Shown here: piece after piece, positions 37,625-47,583 of the stretch
How the letters are laid out: each line of letters begins with the position of its first letter
How positions within the stretch are numbered: the stretch's first letter is position 1
From: Ktedonobacteraceae bacterium
GTDB taxonomy: Bacteria; Chloroflexota; Ktedonobacteria; Ktedonobacterales; Ktedonobacteraceae
Assembly (NCBI GenBank): GCA_035534255.1
Contig: DATLSI010000013.1
Location: 60 to 64,059 of the forward strand
Reading direction: 5' to 3'
DNA: 64,000 bases
Position numbers and translations under genes: made by a program
The notes under the pieces: model-generated
Told to the model about the DNA's origin: nothing
What the model saw: only the letters and a program-made list of their open reading frames with translations
Database searches by the model: none

Positions 37625-38863
37625 ATGACACGAAGTGCCCGACAATCGAAATTGATGCGCCTGTTACTGCTGCTCTTGCCGCTTTTTTTTGTGCTGACAG
37701 CCTGCACAGCCTCCACAGGCATTTTTGCTTCAGGTAACTGGCAAACGGGAACATTGCAGCAAGAACATATCCGCTCCCTCGCAGTCGATCCCAACAACCC
37801 GCAAAATATCTACGCCGGGGACGCGTCAGATGGTGTTTTTGTCAGCGCAGACGGAGGCACAACCTGGAAGCAGCAACAGAGCGGTTTACCTCCCAATATC
37901 GCTATCAATGCACTGGCCTTTGACGATCCTGGTAAGAAGCTCTACGTGGCAACCGATGCAGGAGTCTACGCCAGCGCCGACGCCGCAAAAAGCTGGACGC
38001 AGGTCGGAAGCGGTAGCCTCCCCGTGGACAAATATACCGCTATCGCCTTTGACCTGAAAACTCCACAAATCATCTATGTGGCAAGCGCGCAACATGGAGT
38101 GTTCGTCAGCTTTAACGGCGGAACATCCTGGGCAACCGCGAGCCAGGGGCTGTCCGCGGGTGTTACCATCAACGACCTGGTTTTCGACTCTTCCGCGCAC
38201 CAGTTATGGGCAGCGACCAGCATGGGCATTTATCGCTCGTCAAACGGGGGTAGGACCTGGCAGGCATTGAATAATGGGCTGCCCGCCGGTATCGACGCGT
38301 ATGCCGTCTTACCGGCAGCCACCGCCGGTGGCGCGCAGGGGTTGGTTTACGCCGGGACAAATGAAGGATTTTTCATCTCGCAAGATGCGGCAGCGCACTG
38401 GCAGGCCAGTCAGACCCAGCTTATCCTCGTCAGTATCTATGCTATACGCATCGACATTCACACACCCACGACCGTCTATATCGCCACCGGAACTGCGGGG
38501 GTATTGCAAAGCAGCAATAGCGGCCAAATCTGGCAGGGAGTTGCAACAGGCTTGCCACAACACCAGCGAGTTTACGCGCTGGTTCAGGGAACAACCAATT
38601 ATAGCCAGACCTTTGCCGCCATGAATAATGTCTATCTCTATCCTGGCACTGGCAGTATATTCGATTCTGCTCGCCTGCTGCCTTTACTGTTGATTGTAGC
38701 CTTTTTCTACCTGCTGCTTCGCATGAGTTCACGCGCGCGCAGGAAATCTCGTCCTCTGCTCGCAACAGAAAGCGATACTGAGTCCGATAGCCCGGTTGAG
38801 AAGCCAGCGTCCTTGCCTGAACCACCGATACGCCCGGCGAGCAATAATGAAAACAACAACTGA
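37625..38863 (+). CDS. BNR/Asp-box beta-propeller lipoprotein (Ycf48-like) with C-terminal TM anchor
   Basis: Lipobox LTAC. Six S-x-D/N-G-G-x-T/S-W-like repeats: SADGGTTW, SADAAKSW, SFNGGTSW, SSNGGRTW, SQDAAAHW, SSNSGQIW. C-terminal LLPLLLIVAFFYLLL. Confidence 0.8.
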   Translation: MTRSARQSKLMRLLLLLLPLFFVLTACTASTGIFASGNWQTGTLQQEHIRSLAVDPNNPQNIYAGDASDGVFVSADGGTTWKQQQSGLPPNIAINALAFDDPGKKLYVATDAGVYASADAAKSWTQVGSGSLPVDKYTAIAFDLKTPQIIYVASAQHGVFVSFNGGTSWATASQGLSAGVTINDLVFDSSAHQLWAATSMGIYRSSNGGRTWQALNNGLPAGIDAYAVLPAATAGGAQGLVYAGTNEGFFISQDAAAHWQASQTQLILVSIYAIRIDIHTPTTVYIATGTAGVLQSSNSGQIWQGVATGLPQHQRVYALVQGTTNYSQTFAAMNNVYLYPGTGSIFDSARLLPLLLIVAFFYLLLRMSSRARRKSRPLLATESDTESDSPVEKPASLPEPPIRPASNNENNN

Positions 38864-38872
38864 GCTTAGCGT

Positions 38873-39781
38873 TCAGTTTGTCATCAGCCAACGCAGGACT
38901 GAGCGAATATTATCTTCGTGCGCCTGCGCGTAAAAAGTACGATCGATCTCACCGCTGATGCCTTCGATCACTTCGTCAAAGCTATAATCGATCAGCATGG
39001 AACCTTTTGTAAGTTCTTCGTCGCCTGGCCTGGCAGTTTGCAGCAGGAGCCTGCCACGCCGTTCGATTTCGCGCACATAGCGCAAGTTGGCTGCGATCTG
39101 TGCGGGACTGGTCGTTTTTCCATGCGAACACAGCACGCGCTCAGGTTCTAAGGCTATCAATTGTTCCAGCGTGCTGAACATGTGTGGCACGCTATGTGTA
39201 CCCTCAATGAGCGGTACAGGTTTCTCCACGGCGTCAAATGCCAGCAACAGGCGTAATTCTGGAATCCAGGCCGCGATTTGATCTGCATGATGTCCAGGAG
39301 CAGACTTCAATTCAATGGTCAGATCACCACCGTGAATAGTCATGCTCTGATTAAAGGTGATGGTAGGAGGCACCAGCTTCACATCGCGAAAGAGGGCATA
39401 CTGCCGTTGAAATTCCACCAGTTCATCTGCCGCCTCCTGTGATTGCAGGCGCGCCAGGCAATGATGATGCGCAATGATGGGTGCGGCATGCTCGCCGGTA
39501 AAATAGGCATTGCCCCAGGCATGATCCCAGTCGGCATGACTATCGACGCACAATACAGGGCGTCCTTCCAGTTCAGACGTGACGAAATTCATCATATAGG
39601 CGACATCGGTGGGACAGAGCATGGTATCCAGCACCACTACATAGCGCCCGGTGAGCACCACGTAGGCATCGACTTCCATGCCCTCATATTCGCCGGTTGC
39701 ATCAAATACGCGGCGAAACACGCGTACCCGCTCATCGCCACTTATGCCGGGGACAGGGAAAAGTTGTTCGTTCGTCACCAC
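38873..39781 (-). CDS. MBL-fold metallo-hydrolase
   Basis: Variant metal motif DSHADWDH, later histidines (PGHHAD), and matching length. Confidence 0.75.
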   Translation of the reverse strand: MVTNEQLFPVPGISGDERVRVFRRVFDATGEYEGMEVDAYVVLTGRYVVVLDTMLCPTDVAYMMNFVTSELEGRPVLCVDSHADWDHAWGNAYFTGEHAAPIIAHHHCLARLQSQEAADELVEFQRQYALFRDVKLVPPTITFNQSMTIHGGDLTIELKSAPGHHADQIAAWIPELRLLLAFDAVEKPVPLIEGTHSVPHMFSTLEQLIALEPERVLCSHGKTTSPAQIAANLRYVREIERRGRLLLQTARPGDEELTKGSMLIDYSFDEVIEGISGEIDRTFYAQAHEDNIRSVLRWLMTN

Positions 39782-39802
39782 TGTTTTTCTCCGCGAGCCA
39801 GG

Positions 39803-40261
39803 CTAATGATGTGCGCCGATAAAGGCAACGATCAGGTAGATTGCGAATAGTATGACACACACCAGAAGAAACGTTCCGTAGCAGGTCAGCGTCCAGGCGC
39901 GGCGAGTATTGAGCGCCTGGCGTAACTGCTCTTCCATGTCAGGAGGATCGAACTGCATATCAGGACAAAACTCACGGATATTGGGCAGCATAGCGCGAAA
40001 GTCACGCGCATTCGACATCCCTTCAGCCAGAATGACCGTTGTATCGTCGTCCAGGTCTGCCATCAGGATCAGTTTGGAAGGATTGGGATCGCCGGGCGTC
40101 AATATCAGGCGTTTGATCCACTCCAGACGCAGGCGAACTTCCTGCCCATCTTCAACGCCCGTCACGACAAGTTCATCACTGTAGAGTCGTAACTCTTTCC
40201 CAATGCCAAAGCGCACAACGCGTACAGGGGATTTATAAGCACTTTGCTCTTCGCTCATCAA
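39803..40261 (-). CDS. hypothetical tail-anchored membrane protein
   Basis: 152 aa: a soluble beta-rich N-domain and a single C-terminal TM (TFLLVCVILFAIYLIVAFI). Confidence 0.6.
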   Translation of the reverse strand: MMSEEQSAYKSPVRVVRFGIGKELRLYSDELVVTGVEDGQEVRLRLEWIKRLILTPGDPNPSKLILMADLDDDTTVILAEGMSNARDFRAMLPNIREFCPDMQFDPPDMEEQLRQALNTRRAWTLTCYGTFLLVCVILFAIYLIVAFIGAHH

Positions 40262-40440
40262 TTAGCTCAACACGTTCTTTCATAATTTCCAGTTTCGGTC
40301 GCTTTAGATTGTACAGCATTTGAGGCATATCGTCGATAGCTGTGGGGAAGCGATCCAGGCACAAACGTGTCTGGCTGGCAGGAATGCTCTAGTTAAAATG
40401 AACAACAATTCACATATCATGGCTAATCGAAGCCGTTTGC

Positions 40441-40470
40441 TTGACAAAAGAGAGATGCGCAACTTAGAAT
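40441..40470 (+). promoter_or_regulatory. putative sigma-70 promoter of the response-regulator gene
   Basis: TTGACA (40441-40446), an 18-nt spacer, then TAGAAT (40465-40470). Confidence 0.45.
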
Positions 40471-40520
40471 TGTGTCAATACACTTGTGAGAGAGAGCAAG
40501 CAAGGAGCGCAATATTTTTT

Positions 40521-40943
40521 ATGGCTCGCGTCGGCCTATTGGAAGATAACACGGTTATAGCCAGACTTTCAGCCACCATGCTACATTATGTAGGACACCA
40601 GGTCACTGTCTATGAACATGCCCAGGACTGTCTGGATGCACTATTACTCACGGGTACCCATAATGTCGTAAAGTCCGCGCGCGCTCACGAAACAATCATT
40701 ACGCTACCCATCGAACTGCTGATCCTTGATCTCCATTTGCCCGAAATCGGTGGCTTCCGTATACTCGAACTTATCCAATCTCACCCGCATACACGCTTCC
40801 TGCCACTGATCTTCTGCACAGCCGCTCCCGAACGAGAGATAGATTACGCGATGCGACTCGCCCCTCATGCCCTCCTTGTTACCAAACCATTCAAAATGCA
40901 AACCCTGGTGGCTGCCGTCTCCAACGTCCTGCAAGCGCAGTAA
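40521..40943 (+). CDS. single-domain response regulator (CheY-like receiver)
   Basis: Acidic pocket LLEDN, phospho-acceptor LILDLHLPE, and conserved Lys in LVTKPF. Start set at ATG 40521 with AAGGAG upstream; the track ORF starts at 40320. Confidence 0.8.
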   Translation: MARVGLLEDNTVIARLSATMLHYVGHQVTVYEHAQDCLDALLLTGTHNVVKSARAHETIITLPIELLILDLHLPEIGGFRILELIQSHPHTRFLPLIFCTAAPEREIDYAMRLAPHALLVTKPFKMQTLVAAVSNVLQAQ

Positions 40944-40973
40944 CTTCAGCAAATTCTCGTAAGCTATTGCATA

Positions 40974-41018
40974 ATACCACCAGTGAGTAGCTAAAATAGC
41001 TCTATTCACTGGTAGTAT
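40974..41018. terminator. 13-bp stem hairpin between convergent genes
   Basis: ATACCACCAGTGA (40974-40986) pairs with TCACTGGTAGTAT (41006-41018) with one mismatch. Confidence 0.5.
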
Positions 41019-41920
41019 TATCGCTTTTTGCCAGACTTTGACGAAAAGCGACCCGGCGTCGGTGTAGAAGCCGAGCAGCCTGGTATGTCATGATTTGTCA
41101 ACACATTAGAGCGCACATGGGGAGTGCTCGTCAAATCTATAACAAACATTGAAATTTGCTGGTTCCCACAACTAGAGATAAACCTGGCTATACTTACTTG
41201 AAACCCGCCTTCATTAATATGTAATTGAACTGTATGCTGTTGATTACCATGGACTGTCACTACCAACATGACTCGGTGACCGTTTTTGAAGCCGCTCCCA
41301 CATAACGTCAGGTGCCGGTTCGAATTAGCAGAGGTCGCACAGATCCAAATATCAGGTTGCGACTGATTCGATGTAACGGTTTTAGTCGCGTTCGCTGAGG
41401 GTGTTGGACTCACAGTTACTTGTATGGACGGGGTGGGCGACAGCGCTTGTGGCGTCATTCCAGTCCCTGTTGATTTAGGGGGATGCACGTTCCTGGACGT
41501 CATCAAATGAGAAAAATGTGAAGTAACAGAGGCATATGCCAGCACTACTATGAAAATCAGAACCAGGCCTGCGGCAGCAGGTATATTCAACAGGCGTAAA
41601 GCTCGTTTCTGATTACTCTGGCGTCGCCGTCCGGTCCAGGCGTTTCGTAAAGGAACGCCGCGCCGAGCATGCGCCAGCACCTGTTCCGGTTTTACCTGGG
41701 GGTTGCGATACTCGCGCGACATGTACTTGAGCTGGCTGAGCGTATTGCTCGTTTGTGAGAGGCTGGCAAAGGTCAGACTGCACTGCTCACATTCAATAAG
41801 ATGCACCTGGATATGCTTTTCATACGCAGGACATTCCCCGCGAATGAATGCGAGTAAGAGGCTATCGATAGGATGTTCTCTCCCGTTCGCACCTATTTTC
41901 CACAACCTGTCCCTGACCAT
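41018..41920 (-). CDS. zf-HC2 anti-sigma-like single-pass membrane protein (no adjacent sigma gene)
   Basis: N-terminal HLIECEQC (HxxxCxxC), a TM segment (AAAGLVLIFIVVLAYA), and a Ser/Thr/Pro linker followed by a Cys-containing extracytoplasmic domain. Confidence 0.6.
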   Translation of the reverse strand: MVRDRLWKIGANGREHPIDSLLLAFIRGECPAYEKHIQVHLIECEQCSLTFASLSQTSNTLSQLKYMSREYRNPQVKPEQVLAHARRGVPLRNAWTGRRRQSNQKRALRLLNIPAAAGLVLIFIVVLAYASVTSHFSHLMTSRNVHPPKSTGTGMTPQALSPTPSIQVTVSPTPSANATKTVTSNQSQPDIWICATSANSNRHLTLCGSGFKNGHRVMLVVTVHGNQQHTVQLHINEGGFQVSIARFISSCGNQQISMFVIDLTSTPHVRSNVLTNHDIPGCSASTPTPGRFSSKSGKKR

Positions 41921-42230
41921 ATGTTTATCTACTGTCTTTTCTGAATTTGTTCATTCGTCTACCAACCGAACATCTGCCACCATTTGGACTTTCGCCATCA
42001 CACATACAGGCACTACACAATGATTGCGTTTTACCTTCACTTGATATAATCATCGAAGGCATTAAATACGGACACTTTCATCGATAATTTGAAAAGAAAG
42101 ACAGTTTCTAGCCAGGTACAAAGTAGCAAATTTTGTAGAAGGGTGATACAATTACTAACAATCTCATTGAGTAGTTGCCTCGCACGCACGATACACTGAG
42201 CGGGTTCCACAGGAAAGTGCTACGTCAATT

Positions 42231-43184
42231 ATGACAATAGAGGATAAAGACGCGCAGGCGTTAGATGCCTACTCGAACGCTGTAACAGGCGCGGCGGAAC
42301 GTGTTGGGCCTGCGGTTGTGCGTATTGATATAGAGCGTGAGGGCGGTCGCATTGCTCGATCAGTCTTCGGCGGCGGCTTAGGCTCCGGTTTCATCTTCGC
42401 TTCGGATGGTCAGATTCTCACCAATGCCCATGTTGTGAGCAATGCGCGGCGTATTCGAGTCACGCTCGCGGATGGCCGCACCTTCGATGCTGGACTGATC
42501 GGGAGCGAACCTGATGTCGATGTCGCGGTGTTGCGTATCGGCGCGGGTCGCCTACCCGTGGCCGAACTGGGACGCTTCCCCCTGAAAGTGGGCCAGCTCG
42601 TCATCGCTGTTGGCAACCCCTATGGTTTGAACTGGACCGTCACCGCCGGCGTAGTCAGCGCGCTGGGTCGCACTCTGGAAGCGCCAGGTATGCGTAAGAT
42701 GAACAACCTGATCCAGACCGATACCCCCATCAACCCGGGTAATTCAGGCGGACCGCTTGTTGATAGTCACGGGCGGGTAATAGGCATTACTACTGCTATG
42801 ATGCCAATGGCGCAGGGACTTGGCTTTTCCATCCCTCTGGATACCGTTAAGTCGGCCATCGCGCGCATCAACCAGAAACGTGAAGCGCCGACCGCAGGTG
42901 TCACTCTTGGCGTTGGAGGCATGCGCGCGAAACTTGATGACACGCAGAGACGCAGTTTCAACCTCACACAGCAATATGGCATGGAACTGCTCGAAATCCG
43001 GCAAGGTGGACCAGCCGAACGGGCGGAATTAAAACACCTGGATATCATTGTTTCAGCCGCCAACGAAGTCGTTACTGAGCCGCGCGACTTGCAGCGCATT
43101 GTGCGCCGTCACCACGTCGGCGAAAAAATTGCCATAAGTTTCTTGCGCGGGGGCAAACAACGCAAAGTAACGGTGATCCTTTAG
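42231..43184 (+). CDS. trypsin-like serine protease with PDZ domain (HtrA/DegP family), no obvious signal peptide
   Basis: Catalytic triad contexts TNAHV, DVAVL and GNSGGPL, with a C-terminal PDZ. Confidence 0.85.
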   Translation: MTIEDKDAQALDAYSNAVTGAAERVGPAVVRIDIEREGGRIARSVFGGGLGSGFIFASDGQILTNAHVVSNARRIRVTLADGRTFDAGLIGSEPDVDVAVLRIGAGRLPVAELGRFPLKVGQLVIAVGNPYGLNWTVTAGVVSALGRTLEAPGMRKMNNLIQTDTPINPGNSGGPLVDSHGRVIGITTAMMPMAQGLGFSIPLDTVKSAIARINQKREAPTAGVTLGVGGMRAKLDDTQRRSFNLTQQYGMELLEIRQGGPAERAELKHLDIIVSAANEVVTEPRDLQRIVRRHHVGEKIAISFLRGGKQRKVTVIL

Positions 43185-43317
43185 GCTGAATCGCAAACAC
43201 GTCGCGCGCGCTCCCAATGAGCGGTTTCCCAATTTTGAAATGCTTCTCATGTTACGTCTTATGTAGTGGAAGACGTAAAAGCAATGATCGGGCTGGTAGC
43301 CCGAAAGGGAAAGACAC

Positions 43318-43632
43318 ATGGGAACCATGCTGATTGGGATGATAACCATGCTAATGGTTATCGGGCTGGTCTTCGTCGGCACGCGCGTCAGCCTGTACCT
43401 GTTCTTGCTGAATACTGAAAGAACTCGCCACTTCACGCACCGTATGCATGCTACTGAAGAACGGTCGCAATTACATAGCGAGCATCATGTAGAGCGTCCC
43501 ATTTATTATGGCTTTATGAACACAGGAGACGCGAGCGCGCGCTATGCGAGGGGCAGTTTGATGGTGATCGCGCTGATCCTGCTGCTGGCAATCATGGCTG
43601 CTGTTTCCGTCCTGTCGGGATCGTTCCATTAA
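43318..43632 (+). CDS. small membrane protein (hypothetical)
   Basis: 104 aa with TM segments at both ends. GGGAAAG lies before the ATG. Confidence 0.45.
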   Translation: MGTMLIGMITMLMVIGLVFVGTRVSLYLFLLNTERTRHFTHRMHATEERSQLHSEHHVERPIYYGFMNTGDASARYARGSLMVIALILLLAIMAAVSVLSGSFH

Positions 43633-43665
43633 GTAATCAAGTACGTTCGTTTACGTCGAGTGTTC

Positions 43666-43696
43666 GGCCTGCCGGAATGTAATCAACCGGCAGGCC
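43666..43696. terminator. 10-bp GC-rich hairpin between convergent genes
   Basis: GGCCTGCCGG (43666-43675) and CCGGCAGGCC (43687-43696). Confidence 0.55.
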
Positions 43697-43698
43697 AT

Positions 43699-44160
43699 TC
43701 AATAGCCGCCACCTAACTTCCGGTGATCCCACGAAACTATCTCAACGGGTTCTACAAAGATGACCACTCGTTTCGCTGCCTGGGCTACAACCATCTGATG
43801 TGTCGTTTCATTCAAGGGGCCACCAGTGTACCGTTCATAGATGGTCTCGCCGATGCGCTGGACAGTTTCGCGGTCGTCGTTGATAATTGCCCGTCCTTTA
43901 ATCTGGACGCCCCGCAGTTCATCATAACGCTCACCAGTCTCTACCAGACAGGTAAGCCTGCCGTCTCGCCGCAGGTTGATAGCTTTTTGCGATTTAGCAT
44001 ACGTCCAAAAAACCACCTGGTCATTTATCAATGCATACCACATCGCTACCAGGTGCGGCCATCCGTCGTGATTAATGGTGGCTACTTGAAGTGTGCGCTG
44101 CTCCTGAAGAAATGAGCGTATTTCTTCGTCGTTCATGCGGATCAGGTCTCGACGGCTCAT
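43699..44160 (-). CDS. PPOX-class (pyridoxamine 5'-phosphate oxidase fold) protein, possibly F420-dependent
   Basis: Split-barrel pattern MNDEEIRSFLQEQRTLQVATINHDGWPHLVAMWY. Start set at ATG 44160 with GGAGGG upstream. Confidence 0.75.
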   Translation of the reverse strand: MSRRDLIRMNDEEIRSFLQEQRTLQVATINHDGWPHLVAMWYALINDQVVFWTYAKSQKAINLRRDGRLTCLVETGERYDELRGVQIKGRAIINDDRETVQRIGETIYERYTGGPLNETTHQMVVAQAAKRVVIFVEPVEIVSWDHRKLGGGY

Positions 44161-44284
44161 GTATTTCCCTCCGTCTTTCATATCCTATAACTATAACAGG
44201 TATCAATCGTTCTCTGCAAATCGGAGTCTTGTTCTTTCTAATTGGCCCTATCAACTGCTAAATTGACCTATTATTTAGACTATT

Positions 44285-45067
44285 TTATTTCAGAACAAGC
44301 AAAGCCTCCTCATATTCCCCAACCACCTCGAACCCCAGCCGCCTATAGCTGGCAATCGCGCTGGCATTATCAGCCTTCACGTTCAGTCCTATATGCACAA
44401 CCGTTTGTAACGACTGCTGGCAGAGCCTGGCGCAGACGGCAGTTGCAAGCCTCTGCCCGCGAAAAGCGGGATGGGTGGTCACACTACCAACGACGCCGAC
44501 CTTATAATGGGGTGAATAAACATGCACACCGGCCACGCTGACCAGCTTTCCATCACGCCGTATGCCGTAGAAATGCCCGGTTCCCAGCATGCGCGGGTCA
44601 AACGAATTACCAGGATAGCTAACTTGATACAAGGTCTGTAACTCTTCCAGATCGGCTACAGTCAGAGAGATTACCTCAGAGGTGTTAACCGTTTCGAGAC
44701 GCGATGGATCGGCTAATGCCATTTTGTAGTGAAGACCGTGAGAATCCACCCGGTAACGGGTTGCCAACAGTGTTGAGAGGTCCCCGCTGAGATGCGCGTA
44801 AAAGCGCGACGGGAGTAAAAGCATGCTTGATTGCAGTAGATCGCGCATAGCAGGCAGGTTCTCGCTAATGGCCAGCAACACAGGCATCTCCATCGCGCTA
44901 TAGAGTAAAACCAGCGCATGTATTTGTTTAGTCTCCACGAGGGCGTACCATGTCGTGTTTTGCCAGAAGAAGTCGTCGAGGTCGCCCAGTTCGTACAGGT
45001 GAATGAGCGCGTTCTGGCGCAGATAGCGCTCAATTGTGCTTTTATCGTGCAGACTGACGATATGCAT
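44285..45067 (-). CDS. GNAT family N-acetyltransferase (C-terminal GNAT domain)
   Basis: Acetyl-CoA loop VTTHPAFRGQRLATAV. Confidence 0.75.
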   Translation of the reverse strand: MHIVSLHDKSTIERYLRQNALIHLYELGDLDDFFWQNTTWYALVETKQIHALVLLYSAMEMPVLLAISENLPAMRDLLQSSMLLLPSRFYAHLSGDLSTLLATRYRVDSHGLHYKMALADPSRLETVNTSEVISLTVADLEELQTLYQVSYPGNSFDPRMLGTGHFYGIRRDGKLVSVAGVHVYSPHYKVGVVGSVTTHPAFRGQRLATAVCARLCQQSLQTVVHIGLNVKADNASAIASYRRLGFEVVGEYEEALLVLK

Positions 45068-45085
45068 GCTGCGCCACCTCCACCA

Positions 45086-47581
45086 TTACACTTGATACGA
45101 GGTCAATTCTACAATACCCATGATGCGTCCGTTGACGAGCTGCATCCCTTTTCTGGCGCGCGGGAACATCTTTATCTCGGACGCCTTCACTACGTTGGCC
45201 TGTTCTCCGCTTTCGCCATTGGTAATAATCAAGAATTGCTGGCGCTCGTTGACGATGGTCGCCGCCAATACTTTATCTTTGCCGACCAGTTCGGTAGTAA
45301 TCACACCGGCAGTTGCGCGTCCCTTCTGTGGATACTGGCTGAGTGGCACTTTCTTGCCCAGACCACTTTCAGTCAGGACGAACAGGCTCAAGGGGTCGCT
45401 TGCCGTATTTTGCTGCTCGCTATCAAGGTAGCTCGCGCTGACTACTTTCGCGTTTGGAGCAAGTATAATGCAGGCAACTCCCTGGCCAACGCGTCCCTGA
45501 GCGCGCAGGTTCTCATCACTGAATCGCAGTGTCTGCGCGTTGTCGGTCGTTACGAAGTATTCGCCTTTTCCCTGGGAAATGAGCGCGGCAACGATTGCAT
45601 CGCCCTCGGCCAGTTTCATGTCCAGCAGCCCATCAGTATCCGCCGTCTTATAATCGCTCAAAGGAGACTTTTTGACTTTGCCCAGCTTGCTGAAAGTTAC
45701 AAGGTAGCGGTTTTCGTCAAACGATTCGAGCGGCAGCAATGCCAGGACCTCTTCGCCCTGGGCCAGTGTCAAGAGCTTGCGAATAGGTTCGCCCTTAGCC
45801 GGACGGGTCGCCTGCGGTATGCGATGGGCGGCAACCTGGAAAACGCGCCCCGTGGAGCAGACGCAGAGCACATAATCCTGCGATGTAGACAGGACAACCC
45901 GGCGCAGTTGTTCATCGCCGCGCACGGTTGTATACGTCGCATCTCCATTTTTACCCCTGGGCGCATAGGCATCCACCGGCAGCGCCTTGACAGCACCAGC
46001 ACGCGTATAGGCGATCACGAGAGGTTCGCGCTGGTGCAGACTGACCACTTCGGTAACGGGAGCGTGTGCCTGCCCCTCCGTTTCGATGATGGTGCGTCGC
46101 TCATCGCCGAACTGCTTGATAAGTTGCTGCATCTCTTTTTTGAGCAGAGCGATCAAGGCTTCGCGGTCGGCCAGCAGGTACTCCAGTTCGCTGATTCTGG
46201 CCTGGAGTTCCTCTTTTTCTTTCGCGTATTTACTCGCATCCAGGCGCGTCACCTGGGCCAGGGTCATGGAAGCAATCACCTCGGATTGTAAGGGCGTCAG
46301 CTTATAGATGGTCTCGATCTTTTTGCGCGCCTCGGCACGATCTTCGGCCTGCTGGAAAATCTTCACGATGCGCTCGGCATTGGCAGCGCCGATTATCAGC
46401 CCCTCCACGACATGCAGGCGCTCGCGCGCTTTGCGCAGATCGAACTGCGCCCGGCGCGTGAGCACATCTACCTGGTGAGCGTTCCAGTAGTTGAGCAGTT
46501 CGAGCATGCCGACCTGTTTGGGATGGCGTGCTGCCTGCATGGATTCGCCGAAGAGGAAAACCATCTGGAACGATTGCGCGATCTGCAAGTCAGTTTCGCT
46601 GAATAGCAGGGAGAGCACCTGCGCGGCGTCGGCATCTTTGCGCAGTTCAAGTACGATGCGCGTGCCTTTTTCGGTATCGCTTTCGTCGCGCAATTCGGGT
46701 AGCAATCCTTCCAGCTTGCGCGCGTTGATGGCTTTGACAATCGAGGCTTTGACTTTATCGCGGCCAATGGGCGGTATCTGTGTAACCACCAGCAAGCGAT
46801 TGCGCGGCGTTTCTTCCAGGCGCACCTCGGCGCGCACAATGATGCGCCCTTTGCCCGTTGACAGGTAATCTTTGATGCCATCGATGCCCATGACACGCCC
46901 GCCCTGGCAAAAGTCCGGCCCCTGCACGTAGGCCATTAGTTGTTCAACGCTCATTTGCGGGTGATCTAACAGGGCGATACAGGCGCGCATCACTTCTGTA
47001 AAGTTATGCGGCGGGATATTGGTGGAAAGGCCTACGGCAATACCGCTTGAAGGATTGACGACGGGCGGGATTCTACCCGGCAGATAATCGGGTTCCTGCA
47101 CTTTGGGGTCCTGCTTATAGGTCGGATGTAGAGGGACGGTTTCGCGTTCCATATCGGCCATCAATGCTTCGGCCAGGGGCGCGAGGCGCATTTCCGTATA
47201 GCGATAAGCGGCGGGCGCGTCACCATCTTCACTGCCCATATTGCCCTGGCCCTCGATCAAGGGATAGCGCAGTGTAAATGGCTGGGCCAGGCGCACGGCA
47301 GCATCATAAACCGAGGCGTCACCGTGAGGATGATAGTTTCCCAGAATAAGGCCAACAACTTCCGCGCTTTTCACTGTTGGACGGTTAGAGAGGAAACGCG
47401 CATCTCGCATACCACTCAGAATGCGCCGCTGCACGGGTTTCAGGCCGTCGCGCGCGTCGGGTAAGGCGCGATCAGTAACTACCGAGAGGCCATAGGTGGC
47501 AAATGCCTGGGATATGACAACAGAAAATTCTTCCTCGCGAATAGTGCCAACTTCCACGGTGTTTTCTGTACTTCGAGCCAT
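45086..47581 (-). CDS. gyrA: type IIA DNA topoisomerase subunit A (GyrA/ParC family)
   Basis: Catalytic AAYRYTE Tyr context, HPHGD, and a C-terminal beta-pinwheel. The GyrA-box position reads PRGKNGD (45941-45961), so the gyrase versus topo IV assignment is uncertain. Confidence 0.8.
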   Translation of the reverse strand: MARSTENTVEVGTIREEEFSVVISQAFATYGLSVVTDRALPDARDGLKPVQRRILSGMRDARFLSNRPTVKSAEVVGLILGNYHPHGDASVYDAAVRLAQPFTLRYPLIEGQGNMGSEDGDAPAAYRYTEMRLAPLAEALMADMERETVPLHPTYKQDPKVQEPDYLPGRIPPVVNPSSGIAVGLSTNIPPHNFTEVMRACIALLDHPQMSVEQLMAYVQGPDFCQGGRVMGIDGIKDYLSTGKGRIIVRAEVRLEETPRNRLLVVTQIPPIGRDKVKASIVKAINARKLEGLLPELRDESDTEKGTRIVLELRKDADAAQVLSLLFSETDLQIAQSFQMVFLFGESMQAARHPKQVGMLELLNYWNAHQVDVLTRRAQFDLRKARERLHVVEGLIIGAANAERIVKIFQQAEDRAEARKKIETIYKLTPLQSEVIASMTLAQVTRLDASKYAKEKEELQARISELEYLLADREALIALLKKEMQQLIKQFGDERRTIIETEGQAHAPVTEVVSLHQREPLVIAYTRAGAVKALPVDAYAPRGKNGDATYTTVRGDEQLRRVVLSTSQDYVLCVCSTGRVFQVAAHRIPQATRPAKGEPIRKLLTLAQGEEVLALLPLESFDENRYLVTFSKLGKVKKSPLSDYKTADTDGLLDMKLAEGDAIVAALISQGKGEYFVTTDNAQTLRFSDENLRAQGRVGQGVACIILAPNAKVVSASYLDSEQQNTASDPLSLFVLTESGLGKKVPLSQYPQKGRATAGVITTELVGKDKVLAATIVNERQQFLIITNGESGEQANVVKASEIKMFPRARKGMQLVNGRIMGIVELTSYQV

Positions 47582-47583
47582 GC

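Noticed and set aside
44918-46291. 457-aa plus-strand ORF (and similarly 47974..49014, 346 aa)
   Set aside because: They are antisense to the gyrA-like and gyrB-like genes, with low-complexity Arg/Leu/Gln-rich products and no motifs.
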